Positions 24,392 to 36,540 of a stretch of 44,219 nt of DNA are shown here, in pieces. The notes beneath the pieces are model-generated. The model saw nothing but the letters and a program-made list of their open reading frames with translations, did not search any database and was not told where the DNA came from. The DNA lies in assembly GCF_001194135.2 (NCBI RefSeq), contig NC_068997.1, forward strand, positions 4,338,461 to 4,382,679, in the 5' to 3' direction. Within the stretch, counting starts at the first letter, position 1. Every line of letters starts with the position of its first letter. The DNA is from Octopus bimaculoides. Taxonomy: Eukaryota. A program made the translations under genes and the position numbers.

Positions 24392-24564
24392 GGCGTAGGA
24401 GTGACTGTGTGGCAAGTAGCTGGCTTACGAACTATATGGTTCCGGGTTCAGTCCCACTACATGGCACCTTGGGCAAGTGTCTTCTATTATAGACTCGAGC
24501 CGACCAAAGCCTTGTAAGTGGATTTGGCAGACTTAAAATGAAAGAAGCCCGTCGTATATATGTG

Positions 24565-24612
<48 letters not shown>

Positions 24613-24843
24613 TGTCTGTCTGTGCGTATGTATTTGTGTGTCTGTGTTTGCCCCCCCCACCCAACATCGCTTGACAACCGATGTGTTTACGTCACCGTAA
24701 ACTAGCGGTTCAGCAAAAAAGCCCGATAGAATAAGTACTAGATTTACAAAGAATAAGTCCTGGGGTCGATTTGCTCGACTAAAAGCGGTGCTCCAGCGTG
24801 GCTACAGTCAAATGACTGAAACAAGTAAAAGAGTAAAAGAGTA
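24392..24843 (+). mobile_element. tRNA-derived SINE family A, full length with internal (TG)n
   Basis: Pol III-like head with a B-box-like gggttcagtccc, body ggcaccttgggcaagtgtcttcta, and tail gactgaaacaagtaaaagagtaaaagagta; second copy at 31465-31830. Confidence 0.85.
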
Positions 24844-24881
24844 TCACAATAATTTAACTTTTATATTGTCAGCAACATTAA

Positions 24882-25082
24882 ACGGTGAGCTGGCAGAATC
24901 TTTAGGACACCGGGCAAAATGCTTAGGGGCGTTTCGACCGCCTTTACGTTCTGAGTTCAAATTCCACCGAGGTGACTTTTTTAATCCTCTCAAAGTCGAT
25001 AAAATAAAGTACCAGTTGGGGATCGATGTAATCGACTTAACCCTTATCTTGAACTTGCTGGCTTTGTGCCAAAACTTGAAAC
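24882..25082 (+). mobile_element. SINE family B copy
   Basis: gagctggcagaatc..cgttctgagttcaaattcc (B-box-like)..gtcgataaaataaagtaccagt; three further copies in this window. Confidence 0.8.
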
Positions 25083-25414
25083 CATATTGTGAACAGCATC
25101 AGGAGTTTTGTAAATATATACATATACATACATATCTATAGATAGCTAAATAGATATTGTGAGCCAACTTCCTTTATCTCCGCTGGTCTGGTTATGTTTG
25201 ATAGTATTCCGAAAGAACTCAAAGACAGAAATCTCATTGTATTATGTATACAACCTGAGAGATCCCGTGCCCTCCCCTACGTCTCTCAAGGGAGACGTTT
25301 ATAATGTATGGATGTAAAAAATATATGAAAGAAAATGTTTAAAGTTATTTTACTTTTGTTAAGTCCAAAAATGATTATCACAAACACTACTGATCAAGTT
25401 TTTGCGCACTACAC

Positions 25415-25590
25415 TAGCTCGTTGCCTCCTGGAGTGACACCTGTTACAGGCAGTTGCGCACTAACGAGAAATGAAGTGTTTTACTGAAGAAGATAACGAA
25501 GCGCCCGGTCCGTGAATCGAAATCATGAGCTTACGATAATGATTGCAACATCCTAGTCATTAGACCACGCGACTTCACGCCTTCCTGTAT
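25415..25590 (-). mobile_element. Degenerate tRNA-headed SINE, family C
   Basis: Minus strand gcgtggtctaatgactagg (A-box-like)..ttcgattcacggacc (B-box-like)..agtaaaacacttcatttc. Confidence 0.5.
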
Positions 25591-25771
25591 ACGCGCGCAC
25601 GCGCACACTTACACACACATACATACACGTGTATATGAATGTGCGTATGCTTATGTTGTGCGTGTGTGTGTGTGTGTGTGTATATGCGTGTGCATGTGCG
25701 CGTGCGTTCGTGTGCTCATATGATATATTGATACACACAAAAATTCAGAGAATGATAGTAGAGTAAAACTG

Positions 25772-25821
<50 letters not shown>

Positions 25822-26004
25822 GGAACAGAAAGAAAGGCGTTATAAAAAACTGGAATTTTAACTGTGGAAACATTTTGTGTGTCTCTGAGTGTGGGTCTTG
25901 TCCTGAAGAATGTAGAGTTTTTTTTTTTCATTTTTATTATACATTATATATATTTATATCTTATTTTATTCATTTATTTGTTTTTTGTGAATGCGAAATT
26001 CTCG

Positions 26005-26135
26005 CTTTTTCGCAGACAGAACTAATGGAGAGAACTCGTTAAAGTGTGTTAGTATTTGCGGAGAGTTTCAAAAATGGTTCCAGTTAAATATTTATTCACT
26101 TCAACGAAGAATTTAGAATGTATTAACAAAGATGA
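26005..26135 (+). repeat. Unclassified dispersed repeat D, copy 3
   Basis: See copy 1; followed by GAT/(AAT)n at ~26150-26235. Confidence 0.8.
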
Positions 26136-26170
26136 TGGCGATAAAAATGAAGATGATGATTTCTTTAATG

Positions 26171-26237
<67 letters not shown>

Positions 26238-27383
26238 CCTCAACAGCAATAGACGGAAGCTAAACTAATCTAAAACAATTTATTTATGAATAATAATATT
26301 GTACCTGTGTGGTAATAGACAAAGATTGGAACCAACAAGATGAAGAATTTTTTCAATGCCTTTCTGTTCTTTTGTCTCTGATAGTTGGTCATGATGAGGA
26401 AGATCGCCACGATGAGCAGAGAGAGGAGGAGGAGGAGGAGGAGGAGAGGAGGAGNNNNNNNNNNNNNNNNNNNNNNNNNNNNNNNNNNNNNNNNNNNNNN
26501 NNNNNNNNNNNNNNNNNNNNNNNNNNNNNNNNNNNNNNNNNNNNNNNNNNNNNNNNNNNNNNNNNNNNNNNNNNNNNNNNNNNNNNNNNNNNNNNNNNNN
26601 NNNNNNNNNNNNNNNNNNNNNNNNNNNNNNNNNNNNNNNNNNNNNNNNNNNNNNNNNNNNNNNNGAAGAGGGGGAGGGAGGAGGAAGATGGATGGAGGTG
26701 GAAGAAGAAGGGAAAGTGGAGGTGGTGGTGGTGGTGGTGGAGGAGGAGGAGGAGGAGGAGGTGGAGGAGGAGTAGCAGCAGGAGAAGAAGAAAGAAAAGA
26801 AAAGGGTGGGAAAATAACGCTGATTGTGGTGGCGGTGGGTTTGATGGTCACAATGGCATTGTAGATGTGGAGGAAAAGTAAGCAAGTGGTGATAGCGATG
26901 CTGAAGATTATGAAAATGAAGAAGAAACATTAATACTGGAACAAGTGATAGAGTGGTGGCATTGTGGATGTGGTTGTGGTGGTAATGGTATTGATGGTGG
27001 TGGCATTGGTGGTGATGGTATTGATGGTGGTAAAGAGCAACAAAAATTTTAACTAGTACGCAAATACTACAGAGATAAGACTGACGGGAAGTTTAAACGA
27101 CGGTTCTTAAAATTACTTTCAGGAAAAGGGGAAATTGTTTAGTTGCGATTGACTGCAAAATTAAGTAGAATATTATCGAAAATTCGCGGAGCAACAGTAA
27201 GTGAAGGTATGATACGTGTTCCCAAATAAGGCTTCAGAATCCTAATCACACATAAATTGAGGCATTTTTTGCATATAATATATACATTTGTGTATATGTG
27301 TCTGTGTATGTATGTATGTATGTATGTATGTATGTATAACACATGTATGTATACACATGCACGCATACATATGTGTGTGTGTG

Positions 27384-27414
<31 letters not shown>

Positions 27415-27633
27415 AATTGTCAGATCCAAGTATCTAAGTGTAGGAAGTTTGTAAACTTCGAGCAGTCAATGATAGGTATAAAAAGCAACTTTCAGGAACA
27501 TCAATAATTTAGTGACGTCGAATGTTCCCCATATATAACCTCGATAAGCTGAAAAATGAGTTTTTTTTTTGTTTTTGTTTTGATAGTTCATGGTTAGCAA
27601 CTAAAGTTATTATGAATGCAAATAAAAATCCAA

Positions 27634-28016
27634 ATTGAGGGAGTATAACAGGTAAAATCCAGGCTGCATATGTTTCCTAGCTAGGAGATCCACGGAAGTA
27701 ATAATTACCCAACGAGGTGTACTCCGCTAGCTACTCACCTGGCTGAAAATGCCTTAATTATATGAAGGTCGCATGGTCGCCAAGGAACCCCAAATTAACT
27801 CACCTATTTTGAAATACGTGAGTATATGATTTCAAATATACCTCCGGCGAATTAATTTGGGATTCCTTGACGATAATTTAATCTTCATATAATTAAGGTA
27901 TCTTCGGTCTGATGAGTACCTAGCGGGGTACACTTCTTCGAGTAATTATTACATCCGATGATCTCCTAGATAGGAAACGTATGTAGTCTGGATTTTACCT
28001 GCTCTACTCCTTCAAA
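27634..28016. mobile_element. ~380-bp imperfect palindrome (foldback / MITE-like)
   Basis: caggtaaaatccaggctgcatatgtttcctagctaggagatc pairs with gatctcctagataggaaacgtatgtagtctggattttacctg; pairing continues inward (taattatatgaag/cttcatataatta, ccaaattaa/ttaatttgg) to a centre near 27825. Confidence 0.8.
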
Positions 28017-28030
28017 CTCTCTCTATCTCT

Positions 28031-28087
<57 letters not shown>

Positions 28088-28088
28088 A

Positions 28089-28123
<35 letters not shown>

Positions 28124-30336
28124 CCTCTATCTCTCTCTCTTTCTCTCTCTCTCTCTTCCTCTCTATCAGTATATATATATGAACACATATAAAATTATAT
28201 CTTCAGAAATTCAAAAGGCATGTTAAGAAATATATATTCACACTTATCCCGTTTCACAATTTTTATATATACTAACTGGGGATGCACAAAACAGCATTGA
28301 TCGAAGTAGGTCTTGGTGCAATCATATTTAATATGAGTGAGTATACTCGGATGTGGGAAGATCTTTCGCTGCGCAAATAGTCTCGGGAGAATATACGCCT
28401 CATAGAGAATATGTGCGAAGACATATTTTCCTGTGGGCGTTAAGGATCACAGGATGCATGCGTTTGGCGTCGTTACACTTCATCATCTACAGATATTTAA
28501 TCAGATTTTGAGTCCTATAAGTAAGCCTGTTTTTAACATATAAGAACAGCAAATATTACATTTTCTGGTGTATGTAAAGCTTCTACATACTGAAATTATT
28601 TAACTAGAGAGACAGAAAACTGTGTTGAAAAAATTATATGCGTGAATAATGATACACATTCACGTACAATCTAACGTGGGAAGGCCCTTTGCAGAGAACA
28701 TAGCTTCGAGATAATTATGCAGATGTGTGAGGGGAAGTAGTAATAGAAGTTTTAAAAAATGCGAGATAGAGAGACAGAGAGAAAGAGAAACCATAAAGAA
28801 GAAAAGAGATGATGATTGGTAGACGTTATTGCTACACCTAGTATCATCAACCTCACTATCACTTTCATGATCAGCATAATCATCTACCTTGTCTGCATTT
28901 AAAAATGTCTTTGAAAAGTTTTTCTTGTGCCTGCTCCCTGATACAACATCGCTGTCTTTTGTCAATCATTTCTTTTTTTTTCTTTTTTTTGCTTTCTTTG
29001 TAGACAAGCTCAACTGTATCTCAATATACTTCAAAGTTACCGTGAACTAAATATATACATATTTCCTTTTCATTTAGCTGTTACTCTTAAATGTTCATTT
29101 ATTTTGATTAGACATTTCTCATAGCCCATCTCACCACTGCTTAGACAGCACCATAAGGAAAAANNNNNNNNNNNNNNNNNNNNNNNNNNNNNNNNNNNNN
29201 NNNNNNNNNNNNNNNNNNNNNNNNNNNNNNNNNNNNNNNNNNNNNNNNNNNNNNNNNNNNNNNNNNNNNNNNNNNNNNNNNNNNNNNNNNNNNNNNNNNN
29301 NNNNNNNNNNNNNNNNNNNNNNNNNNNNNNNNNNNNNNNNNNNNNNNNNNNNNNNNNNNNNNNNNNNNNNNNNNNNNNNNNNNNNNNNNNNNNNNNNNNN
29401 NNNNNNNNNNNNNNNNNNNNNNNNNNNNNNNNNNNNNNNNNNNNNNNNNNNNNNNNNNNNNNNNNNNNNNNNNNNNNNNNNNNNNNNNNNNNNNNNNNNN
29501 NNNNNNNNNNNNNNNNNNNNNNNNNNNNNNNNNNNNNNNNNNNNNNNNNNNNNNNNTATATATATATATCGTTACTTAATTAATGTGTGTGCGTTTGTGT
29601 GTGAGAGAGAGAGAGAGTCTGCGTGTGTCACCATTAGATTTTCATTTAACAGCAGGGAACGTAGTGTCGTTGTAATGAGAAAAACAGACGACCATGAGAA
29701 AACTTGTTAACTTAGCTGTCGCCTGCTCAGCTTGCATTAAATTCTTTGTAAACTTACATCAATTTCCCCGCTGGTTTTTCATGAAACAGAATTTGTAAAT
29801 AATCGAGGAGATCATTGAAACTTTAAAAATCATGAAATTATCAAATGCATTTCTTATTCTAAGACATTATCATATATTACAATCAATATATTTAAAGGAA
29901 AAAAATTAAATTAAGATAAACAGAAAGAATAACTGCTTAAAATCACTTAAGAATTCTCAGCAAACACTCAATATAGATATATATTTTTTGAAAAGTTATT
30001 TTAAAAAATGTTCTTCTAGTCATTTTATCATTATCATTTTTACTTTCGCTATTTTCTTTATTGATATTCTGAACAGTTCTTCAAGCCAGTATTATTTGTT
30101 CAGTGTGATATCATGACTACGTGGTATGCCGGTGATTGAAAGTTCAAGAGCACTCATTGATAATCACAGAATAAATAAACCACATTCATTTAATCATTAC
30201 TCTGTATAGATCTAACAAACTATTTATATATTTATTTCACAGATTCAATTACTAAAGTACTTTTCTTTTCCATCTGTTATTGCTAGGATTTTAATGTATT
30301 TGCTCTGTTTTGTACAAGTTATATCAATCGTCTGAA

Positions 30337-30337
<1 letters not shown>

Positions 30338-30410
<73 letters not shown>
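30338..30410. repeat. (TAG)n microsatellite
   Basis: Seen directly. Confidence 0.95.
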
Positions 30411-30503
30411 TGTCTGAGTATATGTTTGTGTGTATATATATATATGCATATAGATATATAGATATATATATACATATATACACATATACACACACACACA
30501 CTC

Positions 30504-30573
<70 letters not shown>

Positions 30574-30780
30574 TAGTTACGAGGTAGTTTAGCTGCAGGA
30601 TTCATTTGAATCAACACGTAGAACACCAGAATTGGCTAGGTACCATAACATAAGGTACACAGTGAAGTAAAACAAGCATGAGATATCATGTGTTGGTAGT
30701 ATAGTACAGGTTTATATGTTAGTACCATATCCATAGATCCGACTCAGAGTTGGTTCCAGGTGTAGCGTAGGTATAAAAAA

Positions 30781-30887
30781 ACACAAATGGGGTTTAAAAT
30801 TTACAACACTTCTTTTGGTAGAATTTAATTGATGTACACATAGTTTACATTAAGGAATTTCTAACGAATTTTAAACCCCATATGTGT
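30781..30887. repeat. 21-bp inverted repeat (1 mismatch) around a 65-nt spacer
   Basis: acacaaatggggtttaaaatt ... aattttaaaccccatatgtgt. Confidence 0.7.
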
Positions 30888-31106
30888 TACTGTTGTGTGT
30901 GTATGTGTATGTGAATGTGTGTGTGTGTGTATGTGCATGTGAGTGTGTGTGTGCATGCATTTGTGAGTGTGTGTGTGTGTGTGTGTGTTTGCCTGCGTGT
31001 GTGTGTGAGTACGCGTGTGGACGATTTTCCTTCGATTTCTTTTGATACCTTTGCATTAAAAAGTTTTAGGTGTATCAAAGTTTGTTACTATTTACAAGAC
31101 TCTTAC

Positions 31107-31148
31107 CTTCGGATGAAGTTGTTGATGTTGGCGTCTTTAAGGAAGTAT
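31107..31148 (-). CDS. Candidate isolated 42-nt internal exon (phase 1-1; DTSLKTPTSTTSSE)
   Basis: Minus strand tttcttttcttacag|atacttccttaaagacgccaacatcaacaacttcatccgaag|gtaagag has a strong acceptor and donor, a length divisible by 3, and an open S/T-rich frame. No partner exon identified. Confidence 0.35.
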
Positions 31149-31180
31149 CTGTAAGAAAAGAAATATGTTGGAAATATCTG

Positions 31181-31275
<95 letters not shown>

Positions 31276-31464
31276 CGCTTAGTTTTAGAATGGTGGCAGC
31301 TGATGAAGGAAATGTTCTCTATGTCGCCTGCGTGTTTTCTGTGTTCTGTTTATGTTCTGTTTTTCATTTTGTCCACGTTTTTTTTGTGACGTCCTATACC
31401 CAGATATGCATCTATATATACATGTAGATGTAGGTATGTACATACATGTACGTATATATGCATA

Positions 31465-31830
31465 TACTCTTTTACTTGTTTCAGTCATTTGACTGCGGCC
31501 ATGCTGGAGCACCGCCTTTAGTCGAGCAAATCGACTCCAGGACTTAATCTTTGTAAGCTTAGTACTTGTTCTATCGGTCTCTTTTGCCGAACCGCTAGGT
31601 TACGTAACACACACTAGCATAGGTTGTCAAGCGATGTTGGGGAAAAAACACAGACAAACAAACATATATATATATACATATACATATATACGACGGTCTT
31701 CTTTCAGTTTCCGTCTACCAAATCAACTCACAAGGCTTCGGTCGGCCCGAGGCTATAGTAGAAGAAACGTGCCCAAAGTGCCACGCAGTGGGAATGAACC
31801 CGGAACCATGTGGCTGGTAATCAAGCTAGT
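31465..31830 (-). mobile_element. tRNA-derived SINE family A, lacking the first ~25 nt of the head
   Basis: Reverse complement matches 24392-24843. Confidence 0.85.
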
Positions 31831-33130
31831 TTATTTCATAAATTAGCCATATAGGCTTTACATAGAATAGCGATAGCTAGGGCTGGACAAAGACAAATGC
31901 AGAATGAAAGGATGATACATATGAAAAATGAGAGGAGCGCCGACGCCCACAGATCAGCAACCCCTCGAATACCTTTGTTCAAAATAAATAAACATATTTA
32001 TAAATCACAATAAATCACAATAATCAAAACAATTTAGTTCATATGCCTTGTAAGCAGGCTTTCCGCCGCCCACAGGCAATTTTCCATATTTAACTCGGCC
32101 TCAGTATCGAAGCACATATACGCGTGGCCACTACAGGCGGCCGCCACACCTGCACGGGTGCTACTGGTTATTACCGCTGCGGCCACTTACTGAGGCCACC
32201 TTGAACTGCTTTCGCAGGCCGAAATGTATCTTTGCGACCCGTACTCATAGTTCAAGTGCTCCTCAACCTCCCCACCCCTGAGGTACAGGAGGACACACTC
32301 TTCTTCCTCCTCAGAGGGGTGGATCTCACCTTGTCCTGCCAGCGGCACAATTCCCGCTGACAGGGTCTCCCTCTCCGATGGCACATTTCCTACCGGAGGG
32401 GTCACGGGTTCGGTCCGCGGCACATAAATGTCCGCCGGTCGTTTCCCATTTCTCTTTTTTCTCTTTTTCTTTTTACAGGTTTCGGAGGTTGGGGCCTCCC
32501 TCGGCACACCCGAGGGGATCTTCACCTCCCCAGCAACCTCTGTTTCAACTGATGAGCAACCATTGTTGCTCACCTTTCTTTTTCTTTTCGTGGATTCGGG
32601 TGCCTCCACGACTTTCTCCGTCTCCCCCTCCAATAGGGGGGCACTTCTTCCTTTTTCTTCTCCAGGGCCTTTCCACGGCCCTGGGGGCAATTCTTCCTGA
32701 TATGGCCAGGTTCCAGGCACAGGTGACACTTGGGGGCGTGACCCTCAATTATAACCGGCTACCTGGCCCCGGCCATGTTCAAAAAATCAGGAAAGCACAT
32801 GTCTCCTACAGCCACTGGAGACAACATGGTCAATGTCGCCCTGGCGCCCTGCCAGTTGACTGCAGGTTACATGTAAACATTAAGAAGCCTGGGCCCACTG
32901 TCCCCCAAGCCCTTCCGGATGGTATCAGCGATCCACTCGACTTTGGCACCTGGGGGTAGCCCATGAACCCAGGCTCTAATTGTTCTCCTTCCACAGTAAG
33001 AGGGGAGCAACAAAATTTCGTCACCCTGCAGAGTCCGACTGGCCGCATTAGCAGCTTCCTCAGGGGAGTCGAACAACAACCACACCGTTGCGAACTTGAC
33101 TCCCCTGGAGACAAAAAATTTCTTCGCTGG
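31830..33130 (-). mobile_element. Non-LTR retrotransposon derivative: gag-like ORF1 (CCHC knuckle) joined to a 3' UTR, no ORF2
   Basis: CHLCLEPGHIRKNC (C-X2-C-X4-H-X4-C) at 32728-32687; upstream LLLPSYCGRRTIRAWVHGLPP; basic and acidic C-terminal stretch to ~32036 with stops and a frameshift; then a T-rich tail ending in aataaa at ~31830. GC-richer than the flanks. Confidence 0.7.
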
Positions 33131-33150
33131 CGAACAAATTGCCAGCTCTC

Positions 33151-33238
33151 TAATAATTATTGTAGAGAAGATATGAAATACAGAGGGTCATCCTTTTACT
33201 TCCCTCTGTATTTCATATCTTCTCTACAATAATTATTA
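33151..33238. other. Perfect 37-bp inverted repeat with 14-nt loop
   Basis: 33151-33187 (taataattattgtagagaagatatgaaatacagaggg) is the exact reverse complement of 33202-33238. Confidence 0.95.
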
Positions 33239-33258
33239 CTCAAACATTTTCTCACACC

Positions 33259-33306
33259 GTCTCTGGTGAAGTGATACAAAAAATATCCCAGAAACAGCTG
33301 TAAGAC
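33259..33306 (+). ncRNA. Minimal type-I hammerhead-like motif (family H3, copy 2)
   Basis: gtct-CTGGTGA-A-gtgata-caaaaa-atatccc-A-GAAA-CAGCTG-TA-agac; same layout as 15995-16043 but with an A6G change and an imperfect stem II. Confidence 0.45.
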
Positions 33307-33586
33307 CTTTTCTCTATAAATGTTTTGAAAACTATTCACAGCCTTAGATTTTTTTATCATATTCTGTCAATTATATATATATATATACATATATATNNNN
33401 NNNNNNNNNNNNNNNNNNNNNNNNNNNNNNNNNNNNNNNNNNNNNNNNNNNNNNNNNNNNNNNNNNNNNNNNNNNNNNNNNNNNNNNNNNNNNNNNNNNN
33501 NNNNNNNNNNNNNNNNNNNNNNNNNNNNNNNNNNNNNNNNNNNNNNNNNNNNNNNNNNNNNNNNNNNNNNNNNNNNNNNNNNNNNN

Positions 33587-33626
<40 letters not shown>

Positions 33627-33949
33627 CAGAGAGACAGAGACAGAGACAGAGAGAGAATGTGTGTGTTTCCTGATGTACGAGTGCTGCTGGTTAGGTGAGA
33701 ACTCCCCGTAAAGTATCATCATCAATTCGACTTCCAGTAATGTCATGTGATTACTACTGTAGTGGATGCAAATAACTAGAATAGCAAAACGTATGAACGA
33801 AACAAATTATATGAACTGCATCTCATGTTTATCAGATTTTTTCATATATAGACTCATAAACGTATATACATATGTGTTTTTGTAAAGAGAAAGCTCGTAC
33901 ACACGCACGCACACGCACACTCACACATACACACAAATGTTATTCATGC

Positions 33950-34660
33950 ACATAAATGTGTTTTTGCTTGCATAGAGAAATACAGTAGAGTTACAAACCA
34001 CGGCAACTAATTGGGACTGGAGACACATTACCAATTTATTTCGTGCTCAATGCCAATATTTTCGAAATGCAAAAATAGTCTTTAGGTTAGTCCAGTGTAG
34101 TAAACTCCAGAAACAGACTTATTATATGGTAATTGCAAAGGAACGAAATAAATCAAATAATTTAAAATGAAATAAAACATGCTTAAATTCCAAAAATATT
34201 CAAAAGTTGTTTTAAATTCCTCTTCGTCAGTGTTTTGTCTGAAGATGCACTTTCCTTAATGGAATTCTTCCATAATTTTCTAAAGTTGTTTTGTTTCTGT
34301 AGCGTTGCGTTTTGTAATGTACGTTGTCTTTTGATGTATATGTTCCTGTAATAACTCTTGCACAGAAACTTAGTTTCTTTTCAAAATAAAAACTGTGTAT
34401 GTGCAAAATTGAGATTGAGTCCAAGGGCCGCCTCTATTATATTTCCTTCATCATCGTTTTTATCGGAAAACATTGTTAAACTCATGATTTTCGAGATTAA
34501 CAACGTTGTGGATAATCCTCTGATCTGAAAATGTTTGAGGTAATTCAGTATCGTTGACAAACGCCAATCCAATCATCGTTCTCATTATCCGCAAGATTAT
34601 GTAATCAATTTTCTATGAACCATTCTTTTGTATTCTTCCTGATAATAAAACAGTCAAAAT
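33950..34660 (-). pseudogene. Tyrosine kinase (JH1-like) domain relic
   Basis: LSFCARVITG (LQYTSQICKG, same register); NVH...YRNKTTLENYGRI (YIH...TRNILVENENRV); TDEEEFK (QDKEYYK); YFVPLQLPYNKSVSGVYYTGLT*RLF ([29 protein letters not shown]). HRD and DFG are not preserved, and the exact ends are uncertain. Confidence 0.6.
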
Positions 34661-34769
34661 CTCCTAATCTGCATCATCAGGAATTAAATAGTCAAACTAG
34701 AAAATAGGCAACAATTTCACCACGCGTTCAAACAGTGACAGCTTTAACAGAACTTCATAGAATAGTAGT

Positions 34770-35545
34770 TTCAAAGAAGTCAGCCTTAATTATAAATTGT
34801 TGTTGAAAGTCAAGGAGGGAAAGTAACCTTTTGATAAACTCTGTCATAAAATTATTTTTATTGCGACATTTGAAATTCGGGATAATTATTGACCCCTTTG
34901 GTTGATTGAGAGCAGTGACATTTGATGAGTAAAATACCTCGTACAATTATTTCCACACTCTAAAACTGAATTTAATCAAAACTCATTTACTCTTTTGCTT
35001 TTTCCATGGAAATTACAACAAACTCCAGGGTTTTTATCTATCTGAGAATTTCTTTGGACATTGCATGAGTCTGGTAAAGAATTCACCAGTCATTAAAAGT
35101 ATTATTTTGTATTAGCCATATGTATTTGTACATAGAACTATCAGTGGTTGTTTATTACGTTTAAAGTTGAAAGAATTTGTTTTATTAAAGCTCGATAATG
35201 TTTCCATTGTCAATAAAGCCTACGTTGTATCTCCAATCAGCTGTAAGATAAACGCCCTGGTCTAGTTTGTCAAATATCGCTTTCAGAATAGTATACTAAT
35301 CGTTTTTCTTGGGTTTTTGTTTCGTTTTTGTATTTTGTTCTTTCACACGAGCAGTTAGTCCATGATGTATCTTAAACTAGCTTTAATTATAACCCTAAAC
35401 CGAACTTACACAGAAAAAAGAAAAACAAATGAAGTCGTCAACGACATTTTTCTCTTTAAAATCTTTTACTTTCAATAAAAAAAATATAGACGAATATATC
35501 GCTATACCTCCCGACCACTTCATTGAGAGCTACTCCTGCAATATT
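34770..35545 (-). pseudogene. Pseudokinase (JH2-like) fold 2 relic
   Basis: KQILSTLNVINNH**FYVQIHMAN in register with [45 protein letters not shown]..IKFSF in exact register with IPWVPPEC..DKWSF; LYEVFYS; VTALNQ (LSALDS); EFIKRLLSLLDFQQQF (NLINNCMDYEPDFRPSF). The N-lobe is weaker. Confidence 0.6.
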
Positions 35546-35769
35546 TTATCTATTTTATTTTTTTTATATTTTCGTTTTTGCTGAGTTTTACTATTTACTG
35601 CTTATTTGTCAGAGTAATCAGATGTCGCAAAATCTAAAAGCTTTTGAGTTGAGTTTTCATGTCGCACAAAGGGATCACTCTATATTATATTCTATCATTA
35701 TCCCATTTCTATAATAACAGGATATCATTATTGTATATATAGAATAATAATTTCTTATAATTATTTGCA

Positions 35770-36540
35770 TCGTTCCATCGTGTCCATCGCTAAATTTTAA
35801 AGTAGCTCCTTAATATCTTTATCCCATTTACTTCCTAAACATTATGTGTCAACTTCGCACATCCTTTTTCATCCATTCCAACCATAACTATTGCAAGTTC
35901 ACCAAATAATGACTGTGGCCAGAGGTGTAGGCTATTTGAAAAAAATTCTACGCATTTTGACGGTATAAATTGATTATAGAAAGTGTGAAGATTCTATTCT
36001 CCACTTATGCTTGCCGGAATCAAAGCAGTTGGCAAAATTAGAGTCAATGGTCAGAGGCAGCGGTAACAGTCACTGAACTTAGCAATGTATTTGCCTTAGT
36101 TACTGTCGTTGAAACATTCACAAAAACGTATTTATACTCACACCAATAACTGAGAGTAGACCAATTTTCTCCAGTATTATTCTGAAAGAATATTCTCTGG
36201 GGGTGAAATAATTGTGCTTTTGTATATTTTGTCATTGAATACTCAAGTTTCTTTTACAAAAACCCAATGGCAATGAATGAGGGTCTTCAACAGTAACAAA
36301 CACCAATGTAATTTAAAATTTCTTTGTGCGCAAAGTTGAGAAACATTTTCTTATGATATAAGGATAGTATTTTACAAAAATAAACATTTATATATGATAT
36401 TTGAACATGGAAAAACTGCATTACAAACTTAAGACCTTTACATTGATGGTGTCTCTTTTTTCCCCTTTGCTCCTCATAATGAGTGCTGCGATATATTACA
36501 CAAATATACTGCGAATAAATCTAGAGTGGCCAAACAATAG
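35770..36540 (-). pseudogene. Pseudokinase (JH2-like) fold 1 relic
   Basis: LFGHSRF..TINVKVL (JH2 VLLKVL); FLNFAHKEILNYIGVC (LSHKHLVLNYGVC); GKYIAKFSD (FIKLSD); IPSKCVE (IPWIAPECVE); IIW*TC (TLWEIC); IKELL*NLAMDTM (WAELANLINNCM). About 770 nt, i.e. one kinase-domain length. Confidence 0.75.

Noticed and set aside
24392-24470. tRNA gene
   Set aside because: A/B-box-like motifs continue into a SINE body and tail present in several copies; no complete cloverleaf.
27905-27945. CTGATGA-gtacc..ggtac hammerhead-like start inside the palindrome
   Set aside because: No GAAA follows stem II, and the opposite arm lacks CUGAUGA.
31295-31335. CTGATGAAGGAAA hammerhead-like start
   Set aside because: No paired stem II with a downstream GAAA/stem III.
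34700-34850. Alternative reading QSLSKGYFPSL..LK..FERVVKLL as the start of the JH1 kinase
   Set aside because: It overlaps, in another frame, the better-supported C-terminal helices of pseudokinase 2, and it would misplace the downstream catalytic-loop and APE-region matches. Treated as coincidence, but it shows that by-eye alignment here is ambiguous.
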